Shown here piece after piece: positions 49,533-59,507 of a stretch of 64,000 nt of DNA. Positions within the stretch are counted from its first letter, which is position 1, and each line of letters opens with the position of its first letter. A program made the position numbers and the translations under genes. Origin of the DNA: an uncultured Agathobacter sp. (GTDB lineage: Bacteria; Bacillota; Clostridia; Lachnospirales; Lachnospiraceae); the NCBI GenBank assembly GCA_934359755.1, contig CAKRLV010000009.1:35139-99138 (forward strand), read 5' to 3'. The notes below the pieces were generated by a model. The model was not told the origin of the DNA and ran no database searches. It saw only the letters and a list, made by a program, of their open reading frames with translations.

Positions 49533-49705
49533 TTTTCACGGTCATAACTTTCTATATGACAGTTGTTTTTCACAGTCATGACTTTCTATATGACAGTTGT
49601 TTTTTACGGTCATGACTTTCTATATGACCTCTATATGACAGTTGTTTTTCACGGTCATGACTTTCTATATGACAGTTGTTTTTCACGGTCATGACTTTCT
49701 ATTTT
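49533..49705. repeat. Five roughly 35-bp direct tandem repeats
   Basis: GACAGTTGTTTTTCACGGTCATGACTTTCTATAT x5 with small variants. Confidence 0.85.
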
Positions 49706-51102
49706 TCATCCGTATTGCTTACATATACACCTCTGCTCTTATCACCTTCTGGGTTCTTTCCGAACTCATAATCATTGCCTGGCAAAATGGCATTTAGCAG
49801 GATTCCTGCAATCGCAGCTATTGCAAGGGCTGTAAGTGTGATTGATGTTCCGGCTATTTCAAATGTAAGACCATTCGAGAAACCAAGTCCACATACAAAT
49901 ATAACACCTGCAATAATGAGGTTACGTGATTTTGTCAAGTCAACCTTGTTTTCTACAACATTTCTAACTCCAATTGCTGAAATCATTCCATAAAGCATAA
50001 ATGATACTCCACCAATTATAGCTGTTGGCATTGTTGAAATTATTGCTGAAAATTTAGGAATGAATGAAAGTACAATTGCAAATACAGCTGCAATTCTGAT
50101 TACAATTGGATCATATACTTTCGATAACTCTAACACTCCTGTGTTTTCTCCATATGTTGTATTCGCTGGTCCGCCAATCAATCCTGAAAGTGATGTTGCA
50201 AGTCCGTCTCCAAGAAGCGTTCTGTGAAGTCCAGGCTCTGCCAAAAAGTTCTTTCCTACTGTCGCAGATATAGCTGACATATCACCGATATGCTCCATCA
50301 TCGCTGCGATTGCGATTGGTGCCATAACAAGGATCGCAGTAAAATCAAATTTGCACAACTGGAACTGTGGCAATCCGACGATTCCTGCGTCAGCGACCGC
50401 CTTGAAATTCAGGATAGCACTTCCATCTGCGTTTAGCATTCCACATGCATTAAAAATCACTGCACACACATATGAGATGATAACGCCCATGAGAATCGGG
50501 ATGATTTTAAATAATCCTTTTCCCCAGATATTGAAAATAATAATTACTCCTAGTGCAATAATTGCCAGAAGCCAATTGTTTGATGCATTTGAAACTGCAG
50601 ATGGTGCAAGTGAAAGTCCAATACATATAATGATTGGTCCTGTAACTACAGGTGGCAAAAACTTCATAACACGGTTTACACCAGCCAGTTTAATAATCAA
50701 AGCTAAAATAAAATACAGCAAACCAGCAACTACAATTCCACCACACATATATGCAGCTCTATCATTTGCAGACATATTTGCATATATTCCAGTATCAAGA
50801 TTTGCAATTGTGAAAAATCCACCCAGAAATGCAAATGATGAACCTAAAAATGCTGGAACCTGTAATTTAGAGCAAAGATGGAATACAAGTGTTCCAAATC
50901 CTGCACAAAATAGTGTAACTGATACTGTAAGGCCTCTGCTTGGAGCCGCTCCTACAGCCTCTGTAAGATATCCTGAAATCAAAATTGGAACAAGTATTGT
51001 TGCTCCAAACATTGCAAACATATGCTGAAGACCTAATATCAGCATTTTGGGAATTCCCAGTGTCTTGGCGTCATAGATTGCGCCTTCTTTTTTTTCATAC
51101 AT
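49699..51102 (-). CDS. NCS2-family uracil/xanthine permease
   Basis: GLQHMFAMFGATILVPIL signature and about 12 TM helices. Start at MYEKKEG (51102) is preceded by AAAGGAG. Confidence 0.85.
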   Translation of the reverse strand: MYEKKEGAIYDAKTLGIPKMLILGLQHMFAMFGATILVPILISGYLTEAVGAAPSRGLTVSVTLFCAGFGTLVFHLCSKLQVPAFLGSSFAFLGGFFTIANLDTGIYANMSANDRAAYMCGGIVVAGLLYFILALIIKLAGVNRVMKFLPPVVTGPIIICIGLSLAPSAVSNASNNWLLAIIALGVIIIFNIWGKGLFKIIPILMGVIISYVCAVIFNACGMLNADGSAILNFKAVADAGIVGLPQFQLCKFDFTAILVMAPIAIAAMMEHIGDMSAISATVGKNFLAEPGLHRTLLGDGLATSLSGLIGGPANTTYGENTGVLELSKVYDPIVIRIAAVFAIVLSFIPKFSAIISTMPTAIIGGVSFMLYGMISAIGVRNVVENKVDLTKSRNLIIAGVIFVCGLGFSNGLTFEIAGTSITLTALAIAAIAGILLNAILPGNDYEFGKNPEGDKSRGVYVSNTDEK

Positions 51103-51982
51103 AATATTCTTTCTCCTTTTTATATATATCAGGTCGTCTATCCCTGAAAAGCCCCCAGCTTTTACGCTCTTTTTCAAACTCATCAAGATCAAATTTGTGC
51201 AATATAAATCCTTCTGTGACTCTGTCCATCTCTTCAACTACTTCGCCTGTAGCATCTGTTATAAAAGAGGAACCATAAAATGTCAGTGCAGAACTCTGGT
51301 TTCCATTTTCGCTGCATGGTTCAACCGTCTCCGTTCCAACTCTGTTTGCTGCAACTACCGGCATCAGATTACAAGCCGCATGACCTGTCATGCACCTTCT
51401 CCAATGTGGCATACTATCACATTCCAAAATAGGTTCACTTCCTATTGCAGTCGGATAAAATAATATCTCTGCGCCCTTTAATGCCATTGCACGCGCGGTC
51501 TCAGGAAACCACTGGTCCCAGCATATTCCAACACCAATTGTTCCATATTTAGTTTTAAAGGCTTTAAATCCTGTATCTCCAGGTGTAAAGTAAAATTTTT
51601 CCTGATAATAATGATCATCTGGGATATGCGTCTTTCTGTAGATTCCCAGCACCTCTCCATCAGCATCTACAACTGCCACTGTATTAAATAGCTGTCTGTT
51701 ATCCCCAGCCTCATAAAAGCTTACAGGAATAACCACTCCAAGTTCTTTTGCCAGCACTCTCATACTCTGTACTGCTTCATTTTCGTCAAGTGGCTTTGCA
51801 TATTCATAATACTCATAACGTCTTTCCTGACAAAAGTACTGCCTTTCAAACAACTCCGATGGAAGTATTATCTGAGCGCCCTGACTAGCGGCTTCTCTTA
51901 TAAGTTTTGAGGCTTTTTCGATATTTTCTTTTACATTTCTGCTGCAGCTCATCTGTATTGCTGCTACTGTGACCTCTCTCAT
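51095..51982 (-). CDS. aguB: N-carbamoylputrescine amidase (carbon-nitrogen hydrolase family)
   Basis: CN-hydrolase motifs (E...K...C catalytic triad context: IGVGICWDQWFPE). Polyamine-gene context. Confidence 0.8.
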   Translation of the reverse strand: MREVTVAAIQMSCSRNVKENIEKASKLIREAASQGAQIILPSELFERQYFCQERRYEYYEYAKPLDENEAVQSMRVLAKELGVVIPVSFYEAGDNRQLFNTVAVVDADGEVLGIYRKTHIPDDHYYQEKFYFTPGDTGFKAFKTKYGTIGVGICWDQWFPETARAMALKGAEILFYPTAIGSEPILECDSMPHWRRCMTGHAACNLMPVVAANRVGTETVEPCSENGNQSSALTFYGSSFITDATGEVVEEMDRVTEGFILHKFDLDEFEKERKSWGLFRDRRPDIYKKEKEYYV

Positions 51983-52006
51983 TTTTCGTCCTCTCTATTC
52001 TAAACT

Positions 52007-52332
52007 CTCGTTTACATAATTTGTGTTTTCGAACTTTTTGGGGGCTTGTAATGCTTTGCACTTTGGGGGCTTGTAATGCTTTGCACTTTGGGTGTATGGA
52101 CGTCGGCATAGCATGTACGATATTCCTCTGAAAAAAATACGAAGTTAACCCCGAGCCTGATTACAGATAGGATACCACAATTTGTCACATTATTATGTTT
52201 GCTATATATAGCGGAGCCTCGGTGTAGTCCGTATTTGTTTTCTTCGGAACACATACATACTCTCCGACATATACATCGTGAGTGCAAAGCAATTCAGGCT
52301 GTGAAGTGCGATGCCACAAATCATGTAAACAG
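52007..52332 (-). mobile_element. MITE-like element copy B, inverted relative to copy A, inserted between aguB and aguA
   Basis: Terminal inverted repeats CTCGTTTACATAATTTG ... CAAATCATGTAAACAGG. About 90% identical to the reverse complement of 14893-15242. Internal GGGGGCTTGTAATGCTTTGCACTTT x2 tandem repeat. Confidence 0.7.
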
Positions 52333-52335
52333 GAA

Positions 52336-53466
52336 TCAAATCGGTATTTGCTGTGTAATACAGTGAATATTTCCACCGCCCACAATTATATCCCGTGCGA
52401 AAATCGGATACACCTTCCTGTCAGGGAAAAGTCCTCCTATGATTTCAACAGCTTTTTCATCCATCTCATCCCCGAACTGTGGCACAAGCACTCCGCCATT
52501 TGTAATATAGAAATTCACATAACTTGCGGCAAGTCTCTCACCTGCCTCTCTCTCATCCTCGCCTTCTTCAAATACGAATCCTGCCAGTTCATGTTCTGTG
52601 ATACATACCGGCTTCCTTGGAATCGGGACTTTATGAACGACCAGCTTTCTGCCTCTTGCATCTGTTACTTTTTCCAGAACGGCTATATCTGCTGCCGACA
52701 TTTTGTATTGTGGATCACTCTCATCATCTGTCCATGCAAGTGCCACATGTCCAGGTTCGGTAAATGCACATATGTTGTCAACATGTTCGTTTGTCTCGTC
52801 ATTATATATGCCATATGGTATCCATATTATTTTCTTTGCACCAAGATAGTCCTTTAATTTCTGTTCGATTTCTTCTTTAGATAAAGATGGATTGCGTCCT
52901 TTACTAAGTAGACAGCTTTCTGTCACAATTACCGTTCCTTCTCCATCTGTGTGTATTGCTCCGCCTTCCAGCACAAACGGATGTGCATCATAAACATCAT
53001 ATCCCGTCTCTTCGCAGAATGTCGATGCTACCTTATCATCTTTTTGCCAGCTGGCATACAAACCATCAAATTCTCCGCCCCAGGCATTGAACTGCCAGTC
53101 TATTCCACGCACATCGCCCATTCCATTTATGGCAAATGTAGGTCCGACATCTCTTGCCCACGCATCATCGGATTCCATCTCTATATAATTTATTGGAAAT
53201 TCACATTTATATTTTCCAGATTGGGCAAGCACCTCTATAATCTCTCTTGCATTGTCAATTACATCGGATTCCGCCAGCACGTATACCTGCTCTGATTCAG
53301 CAATCGCACATATTACATTGGCAAATGCTTCCCTCGCCTTTTTTGCTCCGTATATCCATGAGCCGGGTCTTTTAGGCCAGATAATGATTGTTCCTCTATG
53401 CAGTTCATATTCTGCTGGCATATAAAATCCATCTTCGCTAGGACAGCCTGTTTTTAAAATCTTCAT
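52336..53466 (-). CDS. aguA: Agmatine deiminase
   Basis: Porphyranase/PAD-type agmatine deiminase motifs (MPAEYE..., GGNIHCITQQ). Start at MKIL (53466) is preceded by AGGAGA. The ORF-track start at 53499 is further upstream. Confidence 0.8.
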   Translation of the reverse strand: MKILKTGCPSEDGFYMPAEYELHRGTIIIWPKRPGSWIYGAKKAREAFANVICAIAESEQVYVLAESDVIDNAREIIEVLAQSGKYKCEFPINYIEMESDDAWARDVGPTFAINGMGDVRGIDWQFNAWGGEFDGLYASWQKDDKVASTFCEETGYDVYDAHPFVLEGGAIHTDGEGTVIVTESCLLSKGRNPSLSKEEIEQKLKDYLGAKKIIWIPYGIYNDETNEHVDNICAFTEPGHVALAWTDDESDPQYKMSAADIAVLEKVTDARGRKLVVHKVPIPRKPVCITEHELAGFVFEEGEDEREAGERLAASYVNFYITNGGVLVPQFGDEMDEKAVEIIGGLFPDRKVYPIFARDIIVGGGNIHCITQQIPI

Positions 53467-54655
53467 ACCCGAATCTCCTGATAACCTTACACTCGCCATC
53501 TGCCTCCATAACTGCTATATCCGGAAGCGGCATTCCGTTAAATGTATTATTTTTCACCATTGAATAAATCGCCATATCGCAGAAAGTGAGCCTGTCGCCT
53601 ATCTTTATCTCTTTGTCAAATGAATAATCTCCAATCACATCTCCCGCAAGGCACGTACATGATGATAATCTGTAAGTGTACTTTTTCTCACCTGCTTCTC
53701 CGCTATCTCTAAGTGGCGGACGATACGGCATTTCCAAAACATCTGGCATATGACATGCTGCCGATGTATCTAAAATGAGGATATTTATCTCTCCATTTTT
53801 TACTATATCAAGTACTGTAGTAACCAGATATCCTGCATTAAGTGCAACGGCCTCACCCGGTTCAAGATATATTTCAAGATTGTACTTTTCCTGCATATGC
53901 CTGATGCATTTTTCTAAGCGTGATATGTCGTAATCTTCTCTTGTAATATGATGACCGCCACCCATATTGAGCCATCTGACATCATATAATAAATCACCAA
54001 ATTTTTCCTCAACCGCCGCAAGGGTCTTTTCCAGATCATCCGAATTCTGCTCGCAAAGCGTATGAAAATGCAAGCCATCTATTTTTGACAGATCCAGCCC
54101 GTTTTCAAGCGCTTTGTCAAGCTCAGCCCTTGTAATTCCCAGTCTTGAGCCAGCTCCGCATGGATCATATATCTCATGTCCCTCCTGCGTTGAACACTCA
54201 GGGTTTATCCGAATCCCTACACTTACAATATCGCCACCATCCACCTGTCCATCTTTTCCCACACGTTTTGAAATAAGCTGTAATTTCTTTGCCGCCTCAA
54301 TTTTAGGCTGATGATACAGATACTGCGACACCGAGTTAAAAACTATATGATCGCATATACGAACAAGTTCATCCATTTCTTTCGGCAGAAATGCTGGACA
54401 GAATACATGGTTTTCTTTACCCATTTCCTCATGCGCAAGTCTTGCCTCATACAGTCCGCTTGCTGTGGTTCCACTTAAATATTGACCTATAAGTGGATAT
54501 TCATAAAAGGCACTAAACGCTTTCTGTGCAAGAAGAATCTTCGCTCCCGTCCTTGTCATCACACCGTTTAAAATTTTCAGATTATCCGTCAGCCTGCCCT
54601 CATCTATCACATAGCAGGGTGTTTCGAGTTCATCAATCCTCATCTGCTTCTCCAA
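53438..54655 (-). CDS. nspC: Carboxynorspermidine/carboxyspermidine decarboxylase
   Basis: Length and motifs of CANSDC (YVIDEGRL, GGGHH). Confidence 0.75.
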   Translation of the reverse strand: MEKQMRIDELETPCYVIDEGRLTDNLKILNGVMTRTGAKILLAQKAFSAFYEYPLIGQYLSGTTASGLYEARLAHEEMGKENHVFCPAFLPKEMDELVRICDHIVFNSVSQYLYHQPKIEAAKKLQLISKRVGKDGQVDGGDIVSVGIRINPECSTQEGHEIYDPCGAGSRLGITRAELDKALENGLDLSKIDGLHFHTLCEQNSDDLEKTLAAVEEKFGDLLYDVRWLNMGGGHHITREDYDISRLEKCIRHMQEKYNLEIYLEPGEAVALNAGYLVTTVLDIVKNGEINILILDTSAACHMPDVLEMPYRPPLRDSGEAGEKKYTYRLSSCTCLAGDVIGDYSFDKEIKIGDRLTFCDMAIYSMVKNNTFNGMPLPDIAVMEADGECKVIRRFGYEDFKNRLS

Positions 54656-54679
54656 ATTTATATTAAATTACCACATATG

Positions 54680-54810
54680 TTCTATAGTTATTTTGGGATT
54701 CTCTATAGCATTTTTTAATGCTCCATAGTTTTTTGAATGATCTATAGTTATTTTTGAATTCTCCATAGTTATTTTTGAAGTCTCTATAACTAATTCTAAC
54801 TATTTTGCAT
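54680..54810. repeat. Six degenerate roughly 21-bp tandem repeats (TCTATAGTTATTTTTGAATTC-like)
   Basis: Visible as repeated CTATAGTTATTTT units between nspC and the dehydrogenase gene. Confidence 0.75.
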
Positions 54811-54882
54811 TTAAATCTCATATGCCATATTATTAGAATTTATTGTACACTTTGAAAACAAGTCTAGTTACATTTCTGTATC

Positions 54883-56178
54883 CTAGTCCATATGCACAGA
54901 CTCATCAGCCGTCTTATAACAATCCACAAGTTCCGGATTCTCAACTACTTTCCATGGAAGTCCAAATTTATTAAGCGCATCCATGTATGGATCTGGATCC
55001 ATCTCCTCAAGATTAAATACGCCCGGCTTTTTCCACAATCCTGTCACAACCATCATTGAACCAATCATAGCCGGTACACCTGTTGTGTATGATATTGCCT
55101 GTGATTCAACCTCTTTGTAACATTCCTGATGATCACATACATTATAAATATAGATAGATTTTTCTTTTCCATCTTTGATTCCTGTAAAAATACATCCAAT
55201 GTTTGTCTTTCCTACAGTACGTGGTCCAAGTGATGCAGGATCTGGTAAAAGTTCTTTAAGAAGCTGAATTGGAACTATCTCTTTTCCATCTACCATTACA
55301 GGATCTGTTCTTAACATTCCAACATTTTCAAGACATTTCATATGTGTGAGGTAACTCTGTCCAAATGTCATAAAGAATCTGATTCTCTTGATTCCTGGAA
55401 TATTTTTAGCAAGCGATTCTATCTCTTCATGATGAAGCAGATACATGTCTTTTTCTCCAACCTGGTCAAAGTTGTACTGCGCGCGCCACTCCATTGGCTC
55501 TGTCTCTACCCAGTGTCCATCTGCCCAGTATGAACCGTTTGCAGACACTTCACGGAGATTTATCTCTGGATTGAAGTTCGTCGCGAATGGATATCCATGG
55601 TCGCCACCATTACAATCGAGAATATCAATTGTATGAATCTCATCAAAATAATGTTTTAATGCATACGCTGAGAAAACAGAAGTTACACCTGGATCAAATC
55701 CGCTTCCGAGAATAGCTGTAAGCCCTGCTTCTTTGAACTTCTCCTGATATGCCCACTGCCATGAATAATCAAAGTACGCTGTAAATCCAAGTTCCCTGCA
55801 TCTCTTCTCATATATCGCACGCCACTGTGGATCCTCTGTGTCCTCACATTCATAGTTAGCTGTATCAATATAATCTACACCACATGCAAGACATGCATCC
55901 ATAATAGTAAGATCCTGATATGGAAGTGCAACATTAAGCACAGCGTCTGGTTTATATGAATTAATAAGTTCCTTGAGTTCTTCTACATTATCCGCATCCA
56001 CTTTTGCAGTCTCAATCCTGGTTGTAGTAGTTCCTTCAAGTTTAGCCTTCAAATCATCACATTTTGACTTTGTGCGGCTCGCAATCATTATCTCCGTAAA
56101 AACTTCACTGTTCTGACAGCATTTTCTGATAGCTACAGATGCAACGCCTCCGCATCCAATAATAAGTAATCTGCTCAT
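54883..56178 (-). CDS. Carboxynorspermidine/carboxyspermidine dehydrogenase (saccharopine dehydrogenase family)
   Basis: MSRLLIIGCGGVASVAIRK Rossmann motif. Saccharopine dehydrogenase-like sequence. Confidence 0.75.
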   Translation of the reverse strand: MSRLLIIGCGGVASVAIRKCCQNSEVFTEIMIASRTKSKCDDLKAKLEGTTTTRIETAKVDADNVEELKELINSYKPDAVLNVALPYQDLTIMDACLACGVDYIDTANYECEDTEDPQWRAIYEKRCRELGFTAYFDYSWQWAYQEKFKEAGLTAILGSGFDPGVTSVFSAYALKHYFDEIHTIDILDCNGGDHGYPFATNFNPEINLREVSANGSYWADGHWVETEPMEWRAQYNFDQVGEKDMYLLHHEEIESLAKNIPGIKRIRFFMTFGQSYLTHMKCLENVGMLRTDPVMVDGKEIVPIQLLKELLPDPASLGPRTVGKTNIGCIFTGIKDGKEKSIYIYNVCDHQECYKEVESQAISYTTGVPAMIGSMMVVTGLWKKPGVFNLEEMDPDPYMDALNKFGLPWKVVENPELVDCYKTADESVHMD

Positions 56179-56195
56179 TTTTATCCCTCCTGATT

Positions 56196-57053
56196 TTAAT
56201 TGTTTTCCTCTTCTTCCAATAAATCTTCAACATATCGCGGCAGCATAAATGCCCCCCTATGCAAGTTAGTTGTATAGTACCACGTCTTAAGTCCAAGTGC
56301 TTCCCATTTTGCAGGATTCAAATCATTCAATGGATGATATTTCTTCGATGCAAAACCAAACAGCCAGTATCCCGACGGGCACGTAGGAATATGTGCCTGA
56401 TATACTCGGCTTATTGGAAACGACTTATATACTTTTCTATGCATTTTCCTGCACTCGACCTCATCCTCATCATAGAACGGACTTCCATGCTGATACACCA
56501 TAACACCATCTTCTTTAAGTGCCTTGTAGCAGCTTCCATAAAATTCTTTTGTAAAAAGTCCTTCTGTATGTCCCAGAGGATCTGTTGAATCATTGATAAT
56601 CAAATCGTATTCATCATTTTTCCTTCTGAGGAATCTAAGACCATCATCATAGTGCATTGAAATCCTTGGATCATCAAGTCCACACGCCACTTCAGGAAAA
56701 AAATTTCTACACACATCGACAAACATCTTGTCCGTTTCAACCACATCAATCTGTTCGATTGATGGATAATTGATAAGTTCCTTGGCAACACCGCCGTCAC
56801 CACCACCGATTATAAGCACTTTTTTCACATTAGGGTGAACCGCCATCGGTACGTGCGTAACCATCTCATCATATATGAACTCATCTGTATCCGAAAAAAC
56901 AATCTCACCATCTAACGCGACCATTTTTCCAAATTCATATGATTTAAAAACTTCTATTTTCTGGTAATCACTCTGTCCCGAAAAAAGCTGTTCTTCTATT
57001 CTGACATCCAGCCTGACATTCGATGTGTGATATTCCGAAAACCACATATGCAT
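56196..57053 (-). CDS. speE: Polyamine aminopropyltransferase (spermidine synthase)
   Basis: VLIIGGGDGGVAKE and DSTDP motifs. Confidence 0.85.
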   Translation of the reverse strand: MHMWFSEYHTSNVRLDVRIEEQLFSGQSDYQKIEVFKSYEFGKMVALDGEIVFSDTDEFIYDEMVTHVPMAVHPNVKKVLIIGGGDGGVAKELINYPSIEQIDVVETDKMFVDVCRNFFPEVACGLDDPRISMHYDDGLRFLRRKNDEYDLIINDSTDPLGHTEGLFTKEFYGSCYKALKEDGVMVYQHGSPFYDEDEVECRKMHRKVYKSFPISRVYQAHIPTCPSGYWLFGFASKKYHPLNDLNPAKWEALGLKTWYYTTNLHRGAFMLPRYVEDLLEEEENN

Positions 57054-57129
57054 ATCATTCTACCTCCACTGTATTTTAATGAACTCCCAATATCTTTGTC
57101 ATTTAGCGTCGGATTTAAGGGTGCTCATA

Positions 57130-58590
57130 TCAGACCTCTGTATCTGCAAGCACCTGCAGATATTCAACAGCGGGATCTTCCGTTCCCTGCATTGAACATC
57201 CCTTTTCCTTTGCATATAAAATATATTCTGCAATCTCTTTTGTGATAAGCTCACCTGGTGCAAGAATAGGAATTCCCGGCGGATAACACATCACAAACTC
57301 TCCGCTTATACAGCCAACCGAATCCTTAATCTGTACTGATTTTTTTTCTGAATAAAATGCTTTCTGTGGTGACACTGCCACCTGCGGATTAATGTATTCC
57401 CCTGATAAAAGTCCTGTTTTATCCTTGCTGTACAATCTCTTTATATCCTCGAGCGCACCTACAAGTCTTTCTATATCCTGTATTCTGTCACCAATTGATA
57501 TATATGCAAGTATATTACAGATATCACCAAACTCTATCTGTATGTCATATTCGTCACGAAGCAGATCATATACTTCAATTCCAGCCAGTCCTATATCAAG
57601 CGTATAAATGGATAACTTCGTCACATCATAATCATATATGCTTGTTCCATTTACCAGATCCCGCCCATAAGCATAATATCCACCAATCGAATTAATTTCC
57701 TGCCTTGCATACTCCGACATCTGTGCCACTTTTTCAAAAGATTCTGCTCCACGCAATGCCAGATTTCTTCTCGAAATATCAAGACTTGACAAAAGCAGAT
57801 ACGAGGCGCTTGTAGTCTGTGTGAGATTAATTATCTGCCTCACATAATCTGCATTTACATTCTTTCCCGTAAGGAGAATCGAACTCTGCGTCAGGCTTCC
57901 TCCTGATTTGTGCATTGAAATTGCCGACATATCTGCACCTGCTGCCATTCCCGATATAGGAAGATTTCTTCCAAAATAAAGATGCGTACCATGTGCCTCA
58001 TCTGTGAGAACTTTCATTCCTTTTGCATGAGCTGCTTTTACAATTGACTTTAAATCTGAACATATTCCATAGTAAGTAGGATTGTTGACAAGTACTGCCT
58101 TTGCATCGGGGTTCTCTTCAATTGCTTTCTCTACCTGATTTACTTCCATCCCAAGAGAAATTCCAAGCTTTGCATTCATCTGTGGATTCACATATATAGG
58201 AATTGCGCCACATAAAACTAACGCATTGAGTGCGCTCTTGTGTACATTTCTTGGAAGTATAATCTTGTCACCTGCCTTACATGTTGACAAAATCATCGCC
58301 TGTACTGCCGATGTCGTTCCTCCAACCATAAGAAAAGCGTTCTCCGCGCCAAATGCATCTGCTGTAAGCTCCTCCGCTTCTCTGATAACAGAAACCGGGT
58401 GGCACAGATTATCGAGAGGCTTCATAGAGTTTACATCAAGGCCTACACACTTTTCTCCTAATAGCTGCACTAATTCTGGATTTCCTCTGCCTCTTTTGTG
58501 TCCGGGCACATCAAAAGGAACCACTCTCTTTTTCTTAAACACCTCAAGTGCCTCGTATATCGGCGCACGCTGCTGTCTTTTTATATCCAT
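57130..58590 (-). CDS. speA: Orn/Lys/Arg decarboxylase family PLP enzyme (arginine decarboxylase SpeA-type in Firmicutes)
   Basis: SMHKSGGSL lysine-PLP motif. 486 aa, fold-I decarboxylase. Confidence 0.75.
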   Translation of the reverse strand: MDIKRQQRAPIYEALEVFKKKRVVPFDVPGHKRGRGNPELVQLLGEKCVGLDVNSMKPLDNLCHPVSVIREAEELTADAFGAENAFLMVGGTTSAVQAMILSTCKAGDKIILPRNVHKSALNALVLCGAIPIYVNPQMNAKLGISLGMEVNQVEKAIEENPDAKAVLVNNPTYYGICSDLKSIVKAAHAKGMKVLTDEAHGTHLYFGRNLPISGMAAGADMSAISMHKSGGSLTQSSILLTGKNVNADYVRQIINLTQTTSASYLLLSSLDISRRNLALRGAESFEKVAQMSEYARQEINSIGGYYAYGRDLVNGTSIYDYDVTKLSIYTLDIGLAGIEVYDLLRDEYDIQIEFGDICNILAYISIGDRIQDIERLVGALEDIKRLYSKDKTGLLSGEYINPQVAVSPQKAFYSEKKSVQIKDSVGCISGEFVMCYPPGIPILAPGELITKEIAEYILYAKEKGCSMQGTEDPAVEYLQVLADTEV

Positions 58591-58707
58591 TATTTATTAC
58601 TCTCCTCTGTGATTCTAAATATAAAAGAGTCTCCCTGCGACTCCCTGCGAAGCCTGATGCAAACTACTTGTGAGAGTCTTTACTACTCTACGCGCAACCA
58701 TGTTGTA

Positions 58708-58740
58708 AAAAAAAGATGATGCCCTCGCATCATCTTTGTT
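58708..58740 (-). terminator. Rho-independent terminator upstream of speA promoter
   Basis: On the minus strand: AAAGATGATGCGAGGGCATCATCTTTTTTTT. Confidence 0.7.
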
Positions 58741-59507
58741 TAATATTCTTCACATGTCTCAAGCTTAAAAGTTGCCTTTTCGTTTTATTGACCGTTTCAC
58801 AAGATGATGTGCAATTAGCACTGATTATTAAGTAATCAACTTATAAAATTTGAGCTTCTAACTCAATCAATAATGTGGTCTCCCACGCTCGGCAACCGCC
58901 CCGCCTGTCCGTATGGGCTTAACTTCTGTACTATCCAGAAGTGGGCTATATGTTTTAAACTGACTTATCGTCGAATTGTTCTAACATACTTATAAAATCG
59001 TAACACACACGAATATGTTATGCAAGATTTTTTATATATTCTTCCGCAAAATTGTTGTTTATCGCGCTAGCGTTATTTACGTAGTGGCTCGAAATGAGCT
59101 TCCAACCAATCGAATCAGGGCAACCGCTATATACTAAATTGGCATGAGCGATAGTATTATCTTGATTTGCACCAATACCTTTGAAAAGATTTGATGGCTG
59201 ATAGTATATTTTAAGAGCGATTCCGCAACGACGTAGAGTATCTTAATAATTCGCTCGTAATCAGCGGGAAATTGCCACGGACGGCAATTTCAGCGAACAT
59301 GAGACAGGACGTCGAATGTGAGCGACGCGTCACTTATCGATAAACTTATCGAATTATTTAGATACTCAAGGAAGTGAGGACCTGGCGAATAAAATATACT
59401 ATCAGCCATCAAATTAAATTCACAACACAAAATAGCAAATCAAAATAAATACTATCGCTCATGCTTCACAAAGTAAAAAGGTTGCCCGAACCTCGACAAA
59501 CAGCAAT

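Noticed and set aside
49533-49705. Possible CRISPR array (regular 35-bp repeats)
   Set aside because: The repeats are directly adjacent with no unique spacers, and no cas genes are nearby. It is a simple tandem repeat.
58591-58700. Tandem CGCAGGGAG x2 in the speA promoter region as a regulatory repeat
   Set aside because: Only two short copies are present. This is insufficient to distinguish from chance.
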